From: Gammaproteobacteria bacterium
GTDB lineage: Bacteria > Pseudomonadota > Gammaproteobacteria > CAJXQU01
DNA: 64,000 nucleotides
NCBI GenBank assembly: GCA_965238175.1
Contig: CBDEGZ010000003.1
Coordinates: 1,376,001 to 1,440,000 of the forward strand
Direction: 5' to 3'
Shown in pieces: positions 30,500 through 41,100 of this stretch. A program made the position numbers and the translations under genes. Position 1 is the stretch's first letter, and each line of letters starts with the position of its first letter. The notes beneath the pieces are model-generated. The model did no database searches, was not told the origin of the DNA, and worked only from the letters and a program-made list of their open reading frames with translations.

Positions 30500-30716
30500 T
30501 AAATCTTGAGTTCTTTCAAGCCAAAGTATTTGATGCTTCTCAGGCATCATAACTGTCTGCTTAAATTTGCTTGAAATTAAGTCTTGAAGAGCACTATATT
30601 CTTATATTGAATTAGTATATACCTATAAATTATAGTCTTTCCTGTTAGGAAACTTAAATACCCTATACGTCATTTTCTAAGATTAGCCTAGCTAGATGTT
30701 GTAGGAGAGCGGCTGG

Positions 30717-30734
30717 TAAGGATATTTACGTATT
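30717..30734 (+). promoter_or_regulatory. Shared regulator site upstream of mtoX
   Basis: TAAGGATATTTACGTATT, identical to 54126-54143; 15-bp core also at 44226. Confidence 0.75.
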
Positions 30735-30885
30735 TACCACCTGTGGCAAAAAGCTATTATTGCTACGCTGCTTTTAGAGTATCGAATGGTATTTTTTATG
30801 ATCGTTATTTAGATATCCTTAAATATCGATAAAAATAATTCTAATGAATGTAGGCAAATTGATAAGGGTCTGATGGAGAATAAAT

Positions 30886-32271
30886 ATGAAGAAAATAATG
30901 AGTAGTTTAAACAAGGGGAAGTATTCGCTTGCTGCAATTGCCTTGGTTTTTGGTATTGGCGCTTCGCATCAAGCTGTAGCTGATGAAACTTGTATGTCAC
31001 CTTATATGGTGAAAATTGTTGGGCAAGAAGACTTTGCCTATATCTGGACTTTAGGTGTTGAAGGCTTGGGTGATGGTCAAGATAAAATGGTCACAATTGA
31101 TGTGAACCCTAAGTCTGATCATTATGGAAAAGTAGTTCACGCTGAGTCTGTTGGTGGAAGAAATGAAGCACATCACTCTGGCTTTACGGATGATCGTAAA
31201 TATCTTTGGGCGGGTGGTTTAGATTCTAATAAAATCTTTATATTCGATGTTCATACTGATCCTGCAAAAGCAACTTTAGTAAAAACGATTGATGACTTTG
31301 TAAGTAAATCAGGTGGCGTTGTTGGCCCACATACAACTTACGCACTTCCTGGCAGAATGATCATTACTGGTTTATCAAATAATCAGGATCACGGTGGTAG
31401 AACTGCGTTAGTTGAGTATACAAATCATGGTGAGTACATCGCTACATACTGGATGCCGACTGATGATAATCTTCATGGTGCTAAGAAATCTGGCAAAATT
31501 GCTGACGGTTATGGTTATGATATCAGAGCATTACCACGACGTAATATCATGTTGACTTCATCTTTCACAGGATGGTCAAACTACATGATGGACTTTGGTA
31601 AAATGCTAGGTGATTCAGAAGCAATGAAACGCTTTGGTAACACAATGGTTGTTTGGGATTTACATAGTCGTAAACCTAAGCAAGTACTTGATGTTCCAGG
31701 TGCACCACTAGAAGTACGATGTGCATGGGGTGCGGAAAATAACTATTGTTTCACTACAACTGCATTAACTTCGCAAATTGTCCTTGTCGAAGAGGATATG
31801 GCAGCTGGTGAATGGAAAGCAACGAATGTAGCTGATATCGGTAACCCTGCAGACATTCCATTGCCTGTTGATATTTCAATCAGTAGTGATGATTCTACTC
31901 TTTGGGTCAATACTTTTATGGATGGAATGACACGTGGCTTCGATATTACAGATCCACATAATCCTGTTCAAAAATATGAAAAACATATTGGTAGACAAGT
32001 GAACATGGTCTCTTCAAGCTGGGATGGAAAACGTTTGTACTATACAACATCTCTACTTGGTAACTGGGATAAAAAAGGCGAAGATAACGATCAATTCTTG
32101 AAGCTATATCATTGGGATGGCAAAGATATGACAGAGCAATTTGTTGTTGATTTCAACGCTGAAAAATTGGGTCGTGCTCATCAAATCCGATTCGGTGCCT
32201 ATTCTCTTTATGGTCAACAAGCAAAATATGGTCAAGAAGAAGGTGCTAATTTAGCGATGCAAGCTGAATAG
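30886..32271 (+). CDS. mtoX: Methanethiol oxidase (SBP56/SELENBP1 family)
   Basis: Signal peptide, DETC.SP, EAHHSG, GPHT, SSFTGW and SLLGNWD (TTQ Trp positions); followed by SCO/MauG. Confidence 0.9.
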   Translation: MKKIMSSLNKGKYSLAAIALVFGIGASHQAVADETCMSPYMVKIVGQEDFAYIWTLGVEGLGDGQDKMVTIDVNPKSDHYGKVVHAESVGGRNEAHHSGFTDDRKYLWAGGLDSNKIFIFDVHTDPAKATLVKTIDDFVSKSGGVVGPHTTYALPGRMIITGLSNNQDHGGRTALVEYTNHGEYIATYWMPTDDNLHGAKKSGKIADGYGYDIRALPRRNIMLTSSFTGWSNYMMDFGKMLGDSEAMKRFGNTMVVWDLHSRKPKQVLDVPGAPLEVRCAWGAENNYCFTTTALTSQIVLVEEDMAAGEWKATNVADIGNPADIPLPVDISISSDDSTLWVNTFMDGMTRGFDITDPHNPVQKYEKHIGRQVNMVSSSWDGKRLYYTTSLLGNWDKKGEDNDQFLKLYHWDGKDMTEQFVVDFNAEKLGRAHQIRFGAYSLYGQQAKYGQEEGANLAMQAE

Positions 32272-32296
32272 TAGGTTGTTGAGTAAAAGCTAATAC

Positions 32297-34294
32297 ATGA
32301 AATATCTTGGTGCTAAAATAAATGTAATTTTATTTTCAATATTTTTATCAAGTTTAAGTTCAGCAGAGGAAGCTGCTGGAGATAAGAAGAAGCAGGTAGA
32401 ATTACTTGCACCAGGATATGGAGAATTAGATTTTGAAGCACCAAAAGCAGGTAGTTATAAGCTGCCTGCTTTTGGTTTTGCTAAGGATGCTAAGGTCCTG
32501 AATGTTGATCGTGAAGAGGTCAGTTTCCACGATTTATTTAAGAACAAATACACCCTGCTTAGTTTTATCTATACAAGTTGTAATGATGTTAATGGTTGTC
32601 CATTAACTCACCTTGTTTTTAATCGCATAAAAAGTCTTGCCGAAGAAACTCCGGCATTAGCCAAAAATCTTAGGTTAATCAGTATGAGTTTTGATCCTAA
32701 GAATGATACTCCAGAAGCTTTAAAGGTACTCACGCAAGAAGATCATAGTCAACACGAAGGTCATCATGGTGATCATCAAGGTCATGACATGTCTAAAAAA
32801 GATGAAGTTGACTGGGTTTATTTAACAACAGACTCGACAGTCACTTTAGATCCAATTTTGGATGATTATGATCAATCGGTACAAAATCAAATAAATGAAG
32901 ATGGGACTCAATCAGAAAATTTTTCTCATATATTGCGTGTTTATCTAATTGATCCCAAAAATAATATAAGAAATATTTATAGTGTTGCGTTTTTACACCC
33001 TGATATCATTATCAATGATGTTAAGACACTATTAATGGAAGATAATATTTCGTTAGATGGAGAAACCCAACTCTTTAGTAAAATAGCGTTAGATGAGGAG
33101 CGTGTACGCATAGGTCCTGGAGATAGTAAAGAAGGTTACGATTCGGTGGACTACAAAAGTGATTCCATCGCAATTGCAGCACGAAAAGGACAAAAAACAG
33201 ATCTAATGAAAGTGGTTGAAAATCCACCTTTAGGTTTGCCTGAAATTCCCATTCCAGAAGATAATCCTATTACTAATGAAAAAGTCCAGTTAGGTAAAAA
33301 ACTGTTTTTTGATCGCCGCTTGTCACTAAACGAGACTATCTCCTGTGCCATGTGTCATATTCCTGAGCAAGGCTTTAGTAGTAATGAAGTGGAGACTTCA
33401 CTAGGATTTGAAGGGCGTTCTGTACGGCGTAATGCACCAACAGTCTATAACACAGCCTACCTGACAAAACTTTTTCATGATGCGCGAGAAACGACTCTTG
33501 AAAATCAGGTGTGGCAGCCTCTTATCGCACGTAATGAAATGGCTATGCCATCGATTGGCAAGGTTATCGAAAAGATCAGAAACTTATCGGATTACAAAGG
33601 TTTGTTCGAAGAGGCATTTGAAGGCAAGCACGCAGATGTTGTGAATATAGGTCAGGCAATAGCGAGTTATCAACGTACTTTGGTTTCTGGCAACTCAGCT
33701 TTTGATCGGTGGTATTACACGAAGGAAGAAGGTGCTATTTCTGAAGATGCAAAACGGGGTTTTGAATTATTCATAGGTAAAGCTGGATGTGTAGCCTGTC
33801 ATCAGATCAATGATGAGTATGCATTGTTTATGGATAATAAATTGCACAATACAGGTCTTGGTTGGAATATCTCTATGCGCAAAGAACCTGAAAAGGAAAG
33901 GATGCTAATCGCACCAGGTGTTTATTTGGATGTGAAAAATTCTGCGAGAAAGAAGGTAGGTCATGCGGTTGAAGGTGATGTTGGATACTATGAAGTAACA
34001 CAAAATCCAGCCGATAGATGGCGTTATCGTACACCAACCTTAAGGAATGTTTCACTAACCGCACCTTATATGCACGATGGTTCCATGAGCTCTTTAGAGG
34101 AAGTTGTAAAATTTTATAATCAAGGTGGTTTTAAAAATGAAACACAATCACCATTAATGAAACCACTTAACTTATCAGAGACAGAAAGAAATGAACTTGT
34201 TGGATTCTTAAAGACTCTTACAGGAGATAATGTTTCTGAAATCATTTCAGATGCGTTCGCAACACCCATTGGTGATGTTCATAATTCAGAATAG
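32297..34294 (+). CDS. SCO1/SenC-MauG (di-haem cytochrome c peroxidase) fusion, MtoX maturation
   Basis: FIYTSC....CP (SCO), His-rich loop, CAMCH and CVACH haem sites, TPTLRNV..TAPYMHDG. Confidence 0.88.
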   Translation: MKYLGAKINVILFSIFLSSLSSAEEAAGDKKKQVELLAPGYGELDFEAPKAGSYKLPAFGFAKDAKVLNVDREEVSFHDLFKNKYTLLSFIYTSCNDVNGCPLTHLVFNRIKSLAEETPALAKNLRLISMSFDPKNDTPEALKVLTQEDHSQHEGHHGDHQGHDMSKKDEVDWVYLTTDSTVTLDPILDDYDQSVQNQINEDGTQSENFSHILRVYLIDPKNNIRNIYSVAFLHPDIIINDVKTLLMEDNISLDGETQLFSKIALDEERVRIGPGDSKEGYDSVDYKSDSIAIAARKGQKTDLMKVVENPPLGLPEIPIPEDNPITNEKVQLGKKLFFDRRLSLNETISCAMCHIPEQGFSSNEVETSLGFEGRSVRRNAPTVYNTAYLTKLFHDARETTLENQVWQPLIARNEMAMPSIGKVIEKIRNLSDYKGLFEEAFEGKHADVVNIGQAIASYQRTLVSGNSAFDRWYYTKEEGAISEDAKRGFELFIGKAGCVACHQINDEYALFMDNKLHNTGLGWNISMRKEPEKERMLIAPGVYLDVKNSARKKVGHAVEGDVGYYEVTQNPADRWRYRTPTLRNVSLTAPYMHDGSMSSLEEVVKFYNQGGFKNETQSPLMKPLNLSETERNELVGFLKTLTGDNVSEIISDAFATPIGDVHNSE

Positions 34295-34325
34295 AGATTT
34301 TATATAGTAAGAACTTTAATATTCT

Positions 34326-34823
34326 ATGCGCACAATAATAATTTTTATCCTTCTTATATTCGCGTCAATTCTCCCTGCGGTAGATGAGCCTTTGATGACT
34401 CAACTTGATGTGCCAGTTGCTGCAACAGATTTTACTTTGCCGGATATCAATAAAGATCTAATTAAATTTTCTGATTATAAAGGTAAGTTTATCTTGGTGA
34501 ATTTCTGGGCGATGTGGTGTCCACCTTGTGTAAAAGAATTTCCATCAATGCAAACACTATATGAAACTATTGGGAATGAGAATCTTGAAATAATTGCTGT
34601 TCATGCAGGACCAGTAGAAAGTGATATAGAATCGTTCGTGCAAACTCATAATATTTCTTTTAAGGTTCTTATTGACAAAGATGTAATCGTTAAAGGTTGG
34701 AAAGTAGCAGGGTTACCAATAAGTTACTTGGTTAACCCAGATGGAAAAATTATATATCAGGCAATCGGCCCAAGAGATTGGGACGTTGATGCAATGAGAG
34801 AATTGATTAGTTTTATAAATTAA
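34326..34823 (+). CDS. TlpA-family thioredoxin
   Basis: VNFWAMWCPPCVKE, GLP. Confidence 0.88.
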   Translation: MRTIIIFILLIFASILPAVDEPLMTQLDVPVAATDFTLPDINKDLIKFSDYKGKFILVNFWAMWCPPCVKEFPSMQTLYETIGNENLEIIAVHAGPVESDIESFVQTHNISFKVLIDKDVIVKGWKVAGLPISYLVNPDGKIIYQAIGPRDWDVDAMRELISFIN

Positions 34824-34837
34824 AGTTTATCCCTTTT

Positions 34838-35788
34838 TTAGAAACTATCTTCTTCCATTTCACGAAAAAGTCTCGCAGCATTTTGTTTAGCGAGTTCTTC
34901 ATAGGTATCTAAATGTTCATATGCAGATTGATCAATAAGATACGCGTCGTCGAGCTCCATATCATCATCTAGTAATTTTTCTATCTCACCGCGCATATAT
35001 TCCAGATAACCTTTTGTATATTTTGTAACAGTTTCTATATCGGTAGGCACACCGTGACCAGGAATAATATGAGTCACATTCAATGCAGCAAATTTATCAA
35101 AAGATTCTAACCAGCTAGCCGTATTTGTTTCAGAAAATACGGGTAACATCCGTTGATGAAATGCCATATCCCCTGCGATGATAACGTCATCTTCAGGAAG
35201 GTAAACAGAAATATCTCCCGTCGAGTGAGATGGTCCAAAATAAACGAGTTCAATTCGTTTGTTTCCTAGCTGTATAATTTTTTTGTCTGAAAAACTGATA
35301 TCAGGGATAACAATACTGGTATTTTCAGATCGATCTTTATTGTATTTTTGCATACGTTCAAGTGAATCAGAACCGTGTTCAATAATCTCATTGATCGCAT
35401 CATCATGAGCAATAATGCTAACACCTTGTTCGCGCCAATAACTGTTACCTAGCATAGCGTGTCCTTGCGCATTTTCATCGACAACATATCGTATAGGTTG
35501 ATCCGTAAGAGCCCGAATTTCACTGTGTAAGCTCTTCGCTAATTGGTACGAAGCACCACCATTAACTACGAGTACACCATCATGGCTGATCACAAAACTA
35601 AGATTATTATTATGTCCAGCATTTTCATAGGTTGGTGGTTGTGTTGCACCAATTGCTGACCAAACACCAGGAACAACCTCGATCGGTTTTGAATAAAGTT
35701 CAGATTTAGGATATTTGTCTGGATCATCATCTGCTATGCAGCCAAAACTGATCATTAAAAAGAAGTTGATTAGATAAAGTTTTAGCAT
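34838..35788 (-). CDS. Periplasmic MBL-fold protein (SoxH-like, metal motif degenerate)
   Basis: ENAQGHAMLGN in place of HxHxDH, AGD, IPGHG. Confidence 0.75.
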   Translation of the reverse strand: MLKLYLINFFLMISFGCIADDDPDKYPKSELYSKPIEVVPGVWSAIGATQPPTYENAGHNNNLSFVISHDGVLVVNGGASYQLAKSLHSEIRALTDQPIRYVVDENAQGHAMLGNSYWREQGVSIIAHDDAINEIIEHGSDSLERMQKYNKDRSENTSIVIPDISFSDKKIIQLGNKRIELVYFGPSHSTGDISVYLPEDDVIIAGDMAFHQRMLPVFSETNTASWLESFDKFAALNVTHIIPGHGVPTDIETVTKYTKGYLEYMRGEIEKLLDDDMELDDAYLIDQSAYEHLDTYEELAKQNAARLFREMEEDSF

Positions 35789-36093
35789 AGTGATATTCCA
35801 AATTGTTAGACGAGTGGAATTAATTATGGGTATATATAATTTCTACATTCATAATAATGGAGTAGATATATGCTCTCAATATAGCTTTAGATATATGTAC
35901 TTATATTTTTGCCTAAATAGATCTAAAAATATGCTCAAAATTAGATAAATCTATACGTACTAATACGAGTTAGATTCTATTCTAATTATGTATACAGTTT
36001 TTGACTGTATAATTCCGTTTAGTGTTGAAGAACGGAAGGATTTATTTAGCGCTTATCGGCTGTTTCACAATAAATAATTAAAGAGAAACAATT

Positions 36094-37128
36094 ATGTCTG
36101 AGAATACTTTCTACACAGCAGAACAACATGGCGAATTTGATGTTTATGAACTAGGTGATTTTGCTCTCGAAAAAGGTGCGATATTAGAGAAAGCTACCTT
36201 AGCTTACAAAACATTTGGTCAACTGAATGACAATGGTGACAATGCGATTTTATTTCCTGTTATGTTCTCTGGGACGCATGCAGCAATGGCGCCGTACGTG
36301 GGTGAAGGCTTGCCGTTTGATCCAGCTAAATATTTTATTGTTATTCCAAATCAACTAGGAGGGGGATTGTCTACTTCCCCGCATAATAGTCAAGAGCCGA
36401 CTTCTTTTCCTGAATTAAGTATCAGTGACGATGTGCGTGCTCAACATCAGTTATTAACAGAACATCTGGGCGTGAAACATTTACAATTGGTGACAGGGTG
36501 GTCGATGGGAGCACAACAAACTTATGAATGGGCCGTGCGTTATGCCGATATGGTTGAACGAGCTGCGCCTATTGCAGGGACTGCGAAAACAACGCATCAC
36601 TGTGCTTTATATGTAGATGTTTTCTGTGAAGCATTAACTTCTGATCCAGCATGGGATGAAGGCACATACTCAAACTCAACTGATGTCGATCAAGGTTTGA
36701 GACGTATGGCGCGAGTTTTTGCCATGATGGGTGCTTCTCATGAACTTTTTAATAGTGAAGGGTGGAAGGATATTGGTATTCCTTCTAAAGAAGGATTTCT
36801 GAGTGGTTTTTGGGAAGCCTGGTTTGCACCAATGGATCCTAACAATCTACTGGCTATGGCTAAAAAATGGCGTTCTGGTGATGTGAGTTCACATGCGGAT
36901 GGTGACTTGGCGAAAGCATTAGGACAAGTAACTGCAAAAGTTTTTGTAATTGCTTTTGAGAGAGACATGTTTATAGATCTGGCCGATTGTGAAAAAGAAC
37001 AAAAAATGATCAAGGGCAGTGAATTGGTTACGATACCAGGCTTATGGGGACATTTCTCAATGTTAGGTGTTAATCCTAAAGACTTTGAAACAGTTAATAA
37101 AAGTTTTGAGAGATTATTGGCTCTTTGA
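36094..37128 (+). CDS. MetX/homoserine-acetyltransferase-like alpha/beta hydrolase
   Basis: LAYKTFGQLN..GDNAIL, GWSMGAQQ nucleophile elbow, D and WGH triad positions. Confidence 0.8.
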   Translation: MSENTFYTAEQHGEFDVYELGDFALEKGAILEKATLAYKTFGQLNDNGDNAILFPVMFSGTHAAMAPYVGEGLPFDPAKYFIVIPNQLGGGLSTSPHNSQEPTSFPELSISDDVRAQHQLLTEHLGVKHLQLVTGWSMGAQQTYEWAVRYADMVERAAPIAGTAKTTHHCALYVDVFCEALTSDPAWDEGTYSNSTDVDQGLRRMARVFAMMGASHELFNSEGWKDIGIPSKEGFLSGFWEAWFAPMDPNNLLAMAKKWRSGDVSSHADGDLAKALGQVTAKVFVIAFERDMFIDLADCEKEQKMIKGSELVTIPGLWGHFSMLGVNPKDFETVNKSFERLLAL

Positions 37129-37313
37129 GTATCTTCAATTACCTAAATATTTTTTAATTAATAGCTAGAATGGGGTTAATAGTTATCACACGAATTATCT
37201 TAATGATAAAAAGTACAAAGTTAATCTGATACAGTTCGTATGGAACGTTACAGTCGTTTATTTGAAGTTAGTTTAAATAATAAATTGTTTATTAAGTTTT
37301 AAGGAAAATAATT

Positions 37314-38477
37314 ATGTATTCGGATGTTAGTAAAATTATTGATACCTTCGGCGATATTAGCCGGGGTGTAATCGCTGAAGATGCTGAAATTACAGATAGT
37401 CAGGCTAAATGGCCTGAACGTGGTATTCGTATTTTACAGAATGAGGGTTTAGGTGGCCTTACGATCCCTAAAGAGTATGGAGGTTTAGGGCAAGGCACAA
37501 AGACACTTGCTCAGGCTTGTGAAATTATTGGGCAGCATTGTGCAAGTACATCAATTTGTTTTGGTATGCATTGTGTAGCAAGCGCCGTTATTGCTTCAAA
37601 AGTGACAGATTACCAGCAAGAGAACTATTTAATCCCAATCTGCGAAGGCAAGCATCTGACGACTTTATCGCTCAGTGAAGCAGGTTCAGGATCACATTTT
37701 TATTTACCAGAAACACGTATGCAGCGCACATCAATACGTGAGCACAAGGTGCATGGTGAGAAAACATTTGCAACGAATGGTGGGATGGCTGATTCGTACG
37801 TTGTTTCTGCAGTGTCTGAAGACCCTGAACAACCGTCTGGACAGTTTAATTGTGTCATGATCAATAACGATAGCCCAGGGCTTCGCTGGGGAGATCCATG
37901 GGCTGGACTTGGTATGCGAGGAAACAGCTCAAGGAGTATGAATCTCGAAGGTGTTAAGATTTTAGATGATGACATATTAGGAAATTACGGTGATCAGATC
38001 TGGTACGTTTTTAACGTGATCACTCCCTACTTTTTGACTGCGATCGCAGGGGCTTATCTTGGTGTAGCACGTGCTGCGATAGAGGAGGTAAGGCAGCATG
38101 TTAAGGCTAGAGTGTATTCACATAATGGTAAGAGCCTTGCGTCTTCTTCTGTGACTCAATATCAGCTAGGTATTTTGTGGTCGAAATATGCGCGAACGCG
38201 TGCGTTAGTCTATTACGCAACAGAATGCTACGACAGAGATGTTAGTGAGAATATGGTTGATCTGTTTGCGGCCAAGTCAGAAGTTGCAGACTCTGTTGTA
38301 GAAATCGTCAATGATGCAATGACACTTTGTGGGGGTACTGCATATCGAGATGGTTCTAAACTCAATAGAATGTTGAGAGATGCACGTGCTTCACATGTGA
38401 TGTCACCAACGACCGATATGCTTAGAGTATGGACAGGTCGTTATCTACTTGATCAGCCATTACTAACAGATACATGA
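37314..38477 (+). CDS. Acyl-CoA dehydrogenase-like flavoprotein
   Basis: IPKEYGGLG, LSEAGSGS, GEKTFATNG, GMRG, RMLRDA. Confidence 0.85.
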   Translation: MYSDVSKIIDTFGDISRGVIAEDAEITDSQAKWPERGIRILQNEGLGGLTIPKEYGGLGQGTKTLAQACEIIGQHCASTSICFGMHCVASAVIASKVTDYQQENYLIPICEGKHLTTLSLSEAGSGSHFYLPETRMQRTSIREHKVHGEKTFATNGGMADSYVVSAVSEDPEQPSGQFNCVMINNDSPGLRWGDPWAGLGMRGNSSRSMNLEGVKILDDDILGNYGDQIWYVFNVITPYFLTAIAGAYLGVARAAIEEVRQHVKARVYSHNGKSLASSSVTQYQLGILWSKYARTRALVYYATECYDRDVSENMVDLFAAKSEVADSVVEIVNDAMTLCGGTAYRDGSKLNRMLRDARASHVMSPTTDMLRVWTGRYLLDQPLLTDT

Positions 38478-40408
38478 GCACTCGAATTTCCTTACTTTCA
38501 ACGGAGAAGTCTTTACTTGATTATTTAAATAAGTGGTTGAGTGCTGGAGCCTATTTAGAATATCTCGAACAGCCTGAGTCTCTCTATCATTGTTTAAAAG
38601 AAAATTGTGGTGCGCCGGATATCGTTGTAGTTGGATTAACTGTACAAGAGCCGATCAGGATCGCAGAACATATTCTTGTGATGAAACGCGGGATCAAGAT
38701 TGTTATTCTTTCTACGAACAGCCAACAGAATGTTTTACAGAAGGCCATACAGTTCTCACCTTTCTTAAACTCGGATGTCATTTCATATGAATTCAAAGAA
38801 CAAGAACAACTACTTAAGAAGTTACAGAGTCTAGTCAATATTCTTGAGAAGCAAAGGGTCTATGCAAACACCATCGCTGGAGTAGAGAAAGAAAGAAAGG
38901 CTATTTTACCAACGAGACCATTAGTCGCTAATTATCTAGATACGCTATTAGATAGAATACCCATTGGTATTATTAACCTTGATGCTAAGGGGAGAATTCT
39001 AAATCTCAATAGCCGTGCTCAGAGCTTGTTAAGGCACAGTGAAAGGGAGCTGGTGGGTACGATTTTCCCGACCTTGTTTTCAGATCAAGAAGTACAAAAT
39101 GTTGAGCAGATGGTCGAGCATTCACTTAGAGGTGATGAGGAGAATAATTCACATATAGTGTGCGTATCGTTTTCCGATCAAAAACGATACCTTGATATTA
39201 GTATCTCGTTAATTTCAGGTAATACTTTAGAAGCCATTCTGACCGTTATTATGCAAGAGGTTACAGATAAGGTGCGAGAGGAAAGGAAAAGGAAAAAAGC
39301 TGAGAAAGCATTGAAAGAAAATGAACAGCAGATGAGTTTGGTTATAGATTCAATTCCTGAACTCATTGCCTACGTAGATGCAGATTTGGCTTATCAGTTT
39401 AACAACAAAGCATTTGAGAACTGGTTTGGTTTCACTCGTGATGAAATAAAAGGGAAAAAAGTCTGGCAAGTCATTGGAAAAAAACCATATGCGGTGTTGG
39501 AGAAATACGTCAAGAAAGTAATGGCCGGGGTAACGATCACGTTTGAAGAAAAACTCAACTATCCTTACCGTGGCGAAGTGTATATCCGAAGTACTTATGT
39601 GCCGAATTTTGACGACGAGTGTAAAGTCTGTGGATTCTTTCTACTAACATCTGATATTACACAATCTAAAAATAATGAAGAAGGTGAGAAGAAGCATTTA
39701 CTTGAACTTGCTCACACTTCAAGGATTATTACACTGGGTGAGATGAGTTCGCAATTGTCACATGAACTAGCGCAGCCACTTACTTCTATAGAAACATACA
39801 GTCGCGCATGTATCAAGTTGATTGAAAAAGGTCGGATTGAGATGTCCGAGATAAAAGATACTTTCGAGAATATCTCTAGTCAGGCTATGCGTGCACATGA
39901 TGTTATGCATGAGCTTAGAAACTTTGTTAAAAAAGATGCATCTCGAACAAATGTATCAATTAATGATCTGATCAAATCGGCTATAAAATTATTGCAAATT
40001 GAGTTTCGCGAACCTCAACCAGACATTAATCTTGAGTTGAGTGAAGCACTACCACAGATTTTTGCTGATCGTACATTAATCGAACAAGTTTTGATTAATT
40101 TGGTGAAAAATGCTTTAGAAGCAATGGAGGCACTCGAAAAGTCAAAACGTAATTTGACCTTGCAAACAGAATTGCTAAAAGGCTCTGAGATCATGGTTTC
40201 GGTTCAGGATAGTGGTCCAGGTTTATCGGATTACGAATTCAGTAAAATTTTTGAAGCATTTTATACAACAAAACCTGATGGTATGGGTATGGGGCTGGCA
40301 ATTACTCGATCAGTAATAGATGCACACGGTGGTGAGTTGAAAGTTATGCCAAATAGTTTAGGTGGAACAACATTCAACTTTACCTTACCTACAATAAACA
40401 CTCATTAG
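38474..40408 (+). CDS. Cytoplasmic pseudo-REC/PAS-PAS sensor histidine kinase (FixL-like)
   Basis: HELAQPL H-box, QVLINLVKNA, DSGPG, GMGMGL; two PAS domains; no TM; ATGA overlap with the ACAD gene. Confidence 0.9.
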   Translation: MSTRISLLSTEKSLLDYLNKWLSAGAYLEYLEQPESLYHCLKENCGAPDIVVVGLTVQEPIRIAEHILVMKRGIKIVILSTNSQQNVLQKAIQFSPFLNSDVISYEFKEQEQLLKKLQSLVNILEKQRVYANTIAGVEKERKAILPTRPLVANYLDTLLDRIPIGIINLDAKGRILNLNSRAQSLLRHSERELVGTIFPTLFSDQEVQNVEQMVEHSLRGDEENNSHIVCVSFSDQKRYLDISISLISGNTLEAILTVIMQEVTDKVREERKRKKAEKALKENEQQMSLVIDSIPELIAYVDADLAYQFNNKAFENWFGFTRDEIKGKKVWQVIGKKPYAVLEKYVKKVMAGVTITFEEKLNYPYRGEVYIRSTYVPNFDDECKVCGFFLLTSDITQSKNNEEGEKKHLLELAHTSRIITLGEMSSQLSHELAQPLTSIETYSRACIKLIEKGRIEMSEIKDTFENISSQAMRAHDVMHELRNFVKKDASRTNVSINDLIKSAIKLLQIEFREPQPDINLELSEALPQIFADRTLIEQVLINLVKNALEAMEALEKSKRNLTLQTELLKGSEIMVSVQDSGPGLSDYEFSKIFEAFYTTKPDGMGMGLAITRSVIDAHGGELKVMPNSLGGTTFNFTLPTINTH

Positions 40409-40418
40409 TGGGAATGAT

Positions 40419-41033
40419 ATGGAAAATGTATATATAGTTGATGATGATCCAGCGGTACGTGATTCTTTATCGATGCTTCTAAAATCTGAAGATTACAATC
40501 CTACTCAGTTTTCTAATCCTAAGGATTTTCTTAAGAGTGCGGATGGCTTATCCGAGGGTATTATTATTCTTGATCTATGCATGCCAGAACTAACGGGCCT
40601 AGAGGTAATGCAAGAGTTGATCAAACAAGGGAATACATTACCAATTATTTGTATTACTGGGCATGGTGATGTTCCTACTTCAGTTCAGGCGCTTAAAATG
40701 GGCGCTTACGATTTTCTTGAGAAGCCTTATGACTCTTCGTACTTAATAGAACGAATTAAAGACTGTACAAAAGATGAGCTTGGCCAAAGACACTGGGATA
40801 TTAACAGTCTTCGTGCAAAAGAAATGATCACTAAATTAACGCCTAGAGAATATGAAGTGATGGAAGGCATGGTTGATGGTTTTAGAAATAAACAAATTGC
40901 CTATAACATGGATATTAGTATTAGAACTGTCGAGCTTCACCGCGTTCATGTGATGGATAAATTTGAAGCAAAGTCGCTTGCAGATGTTTTGAAGATTGCT
41001 ATTGCAGCAGACTACAAGTACTCAAAAATATAA
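40419..41033 (+). CDS. FixJ/TodT-like response regulator (REC + LuxR HTH)
   Basis: VDDD, LDLCMP, TGHGDV, LTPRE..V, NKQIA..IS.RTVE.HR. Confidence 0.92.
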   Translation: MENVYIVDDDPAVRDSLSMLLKSEDYNPTQFSNPKDFLKSADGLSEGIIILDLCMPELTGLEVMQELIKQGNTLPIICITGHGDVPTSVQALKMGAYDFLEKPYDSSYLIERIKDCTKDELGQRHWDINSLRAKEMITKLTPREYEVMEGMVDGFRNKQIAYNMDISIRTVELHRVHVMDKFEAKSLADVLKIAIAADYKYSKI

Positions 41034-41100
41034 TACTATTAATAGATCAAAATCATTTTGATCTGAATCGTTCTACCTGGATCATTCTACTCGAATTATT

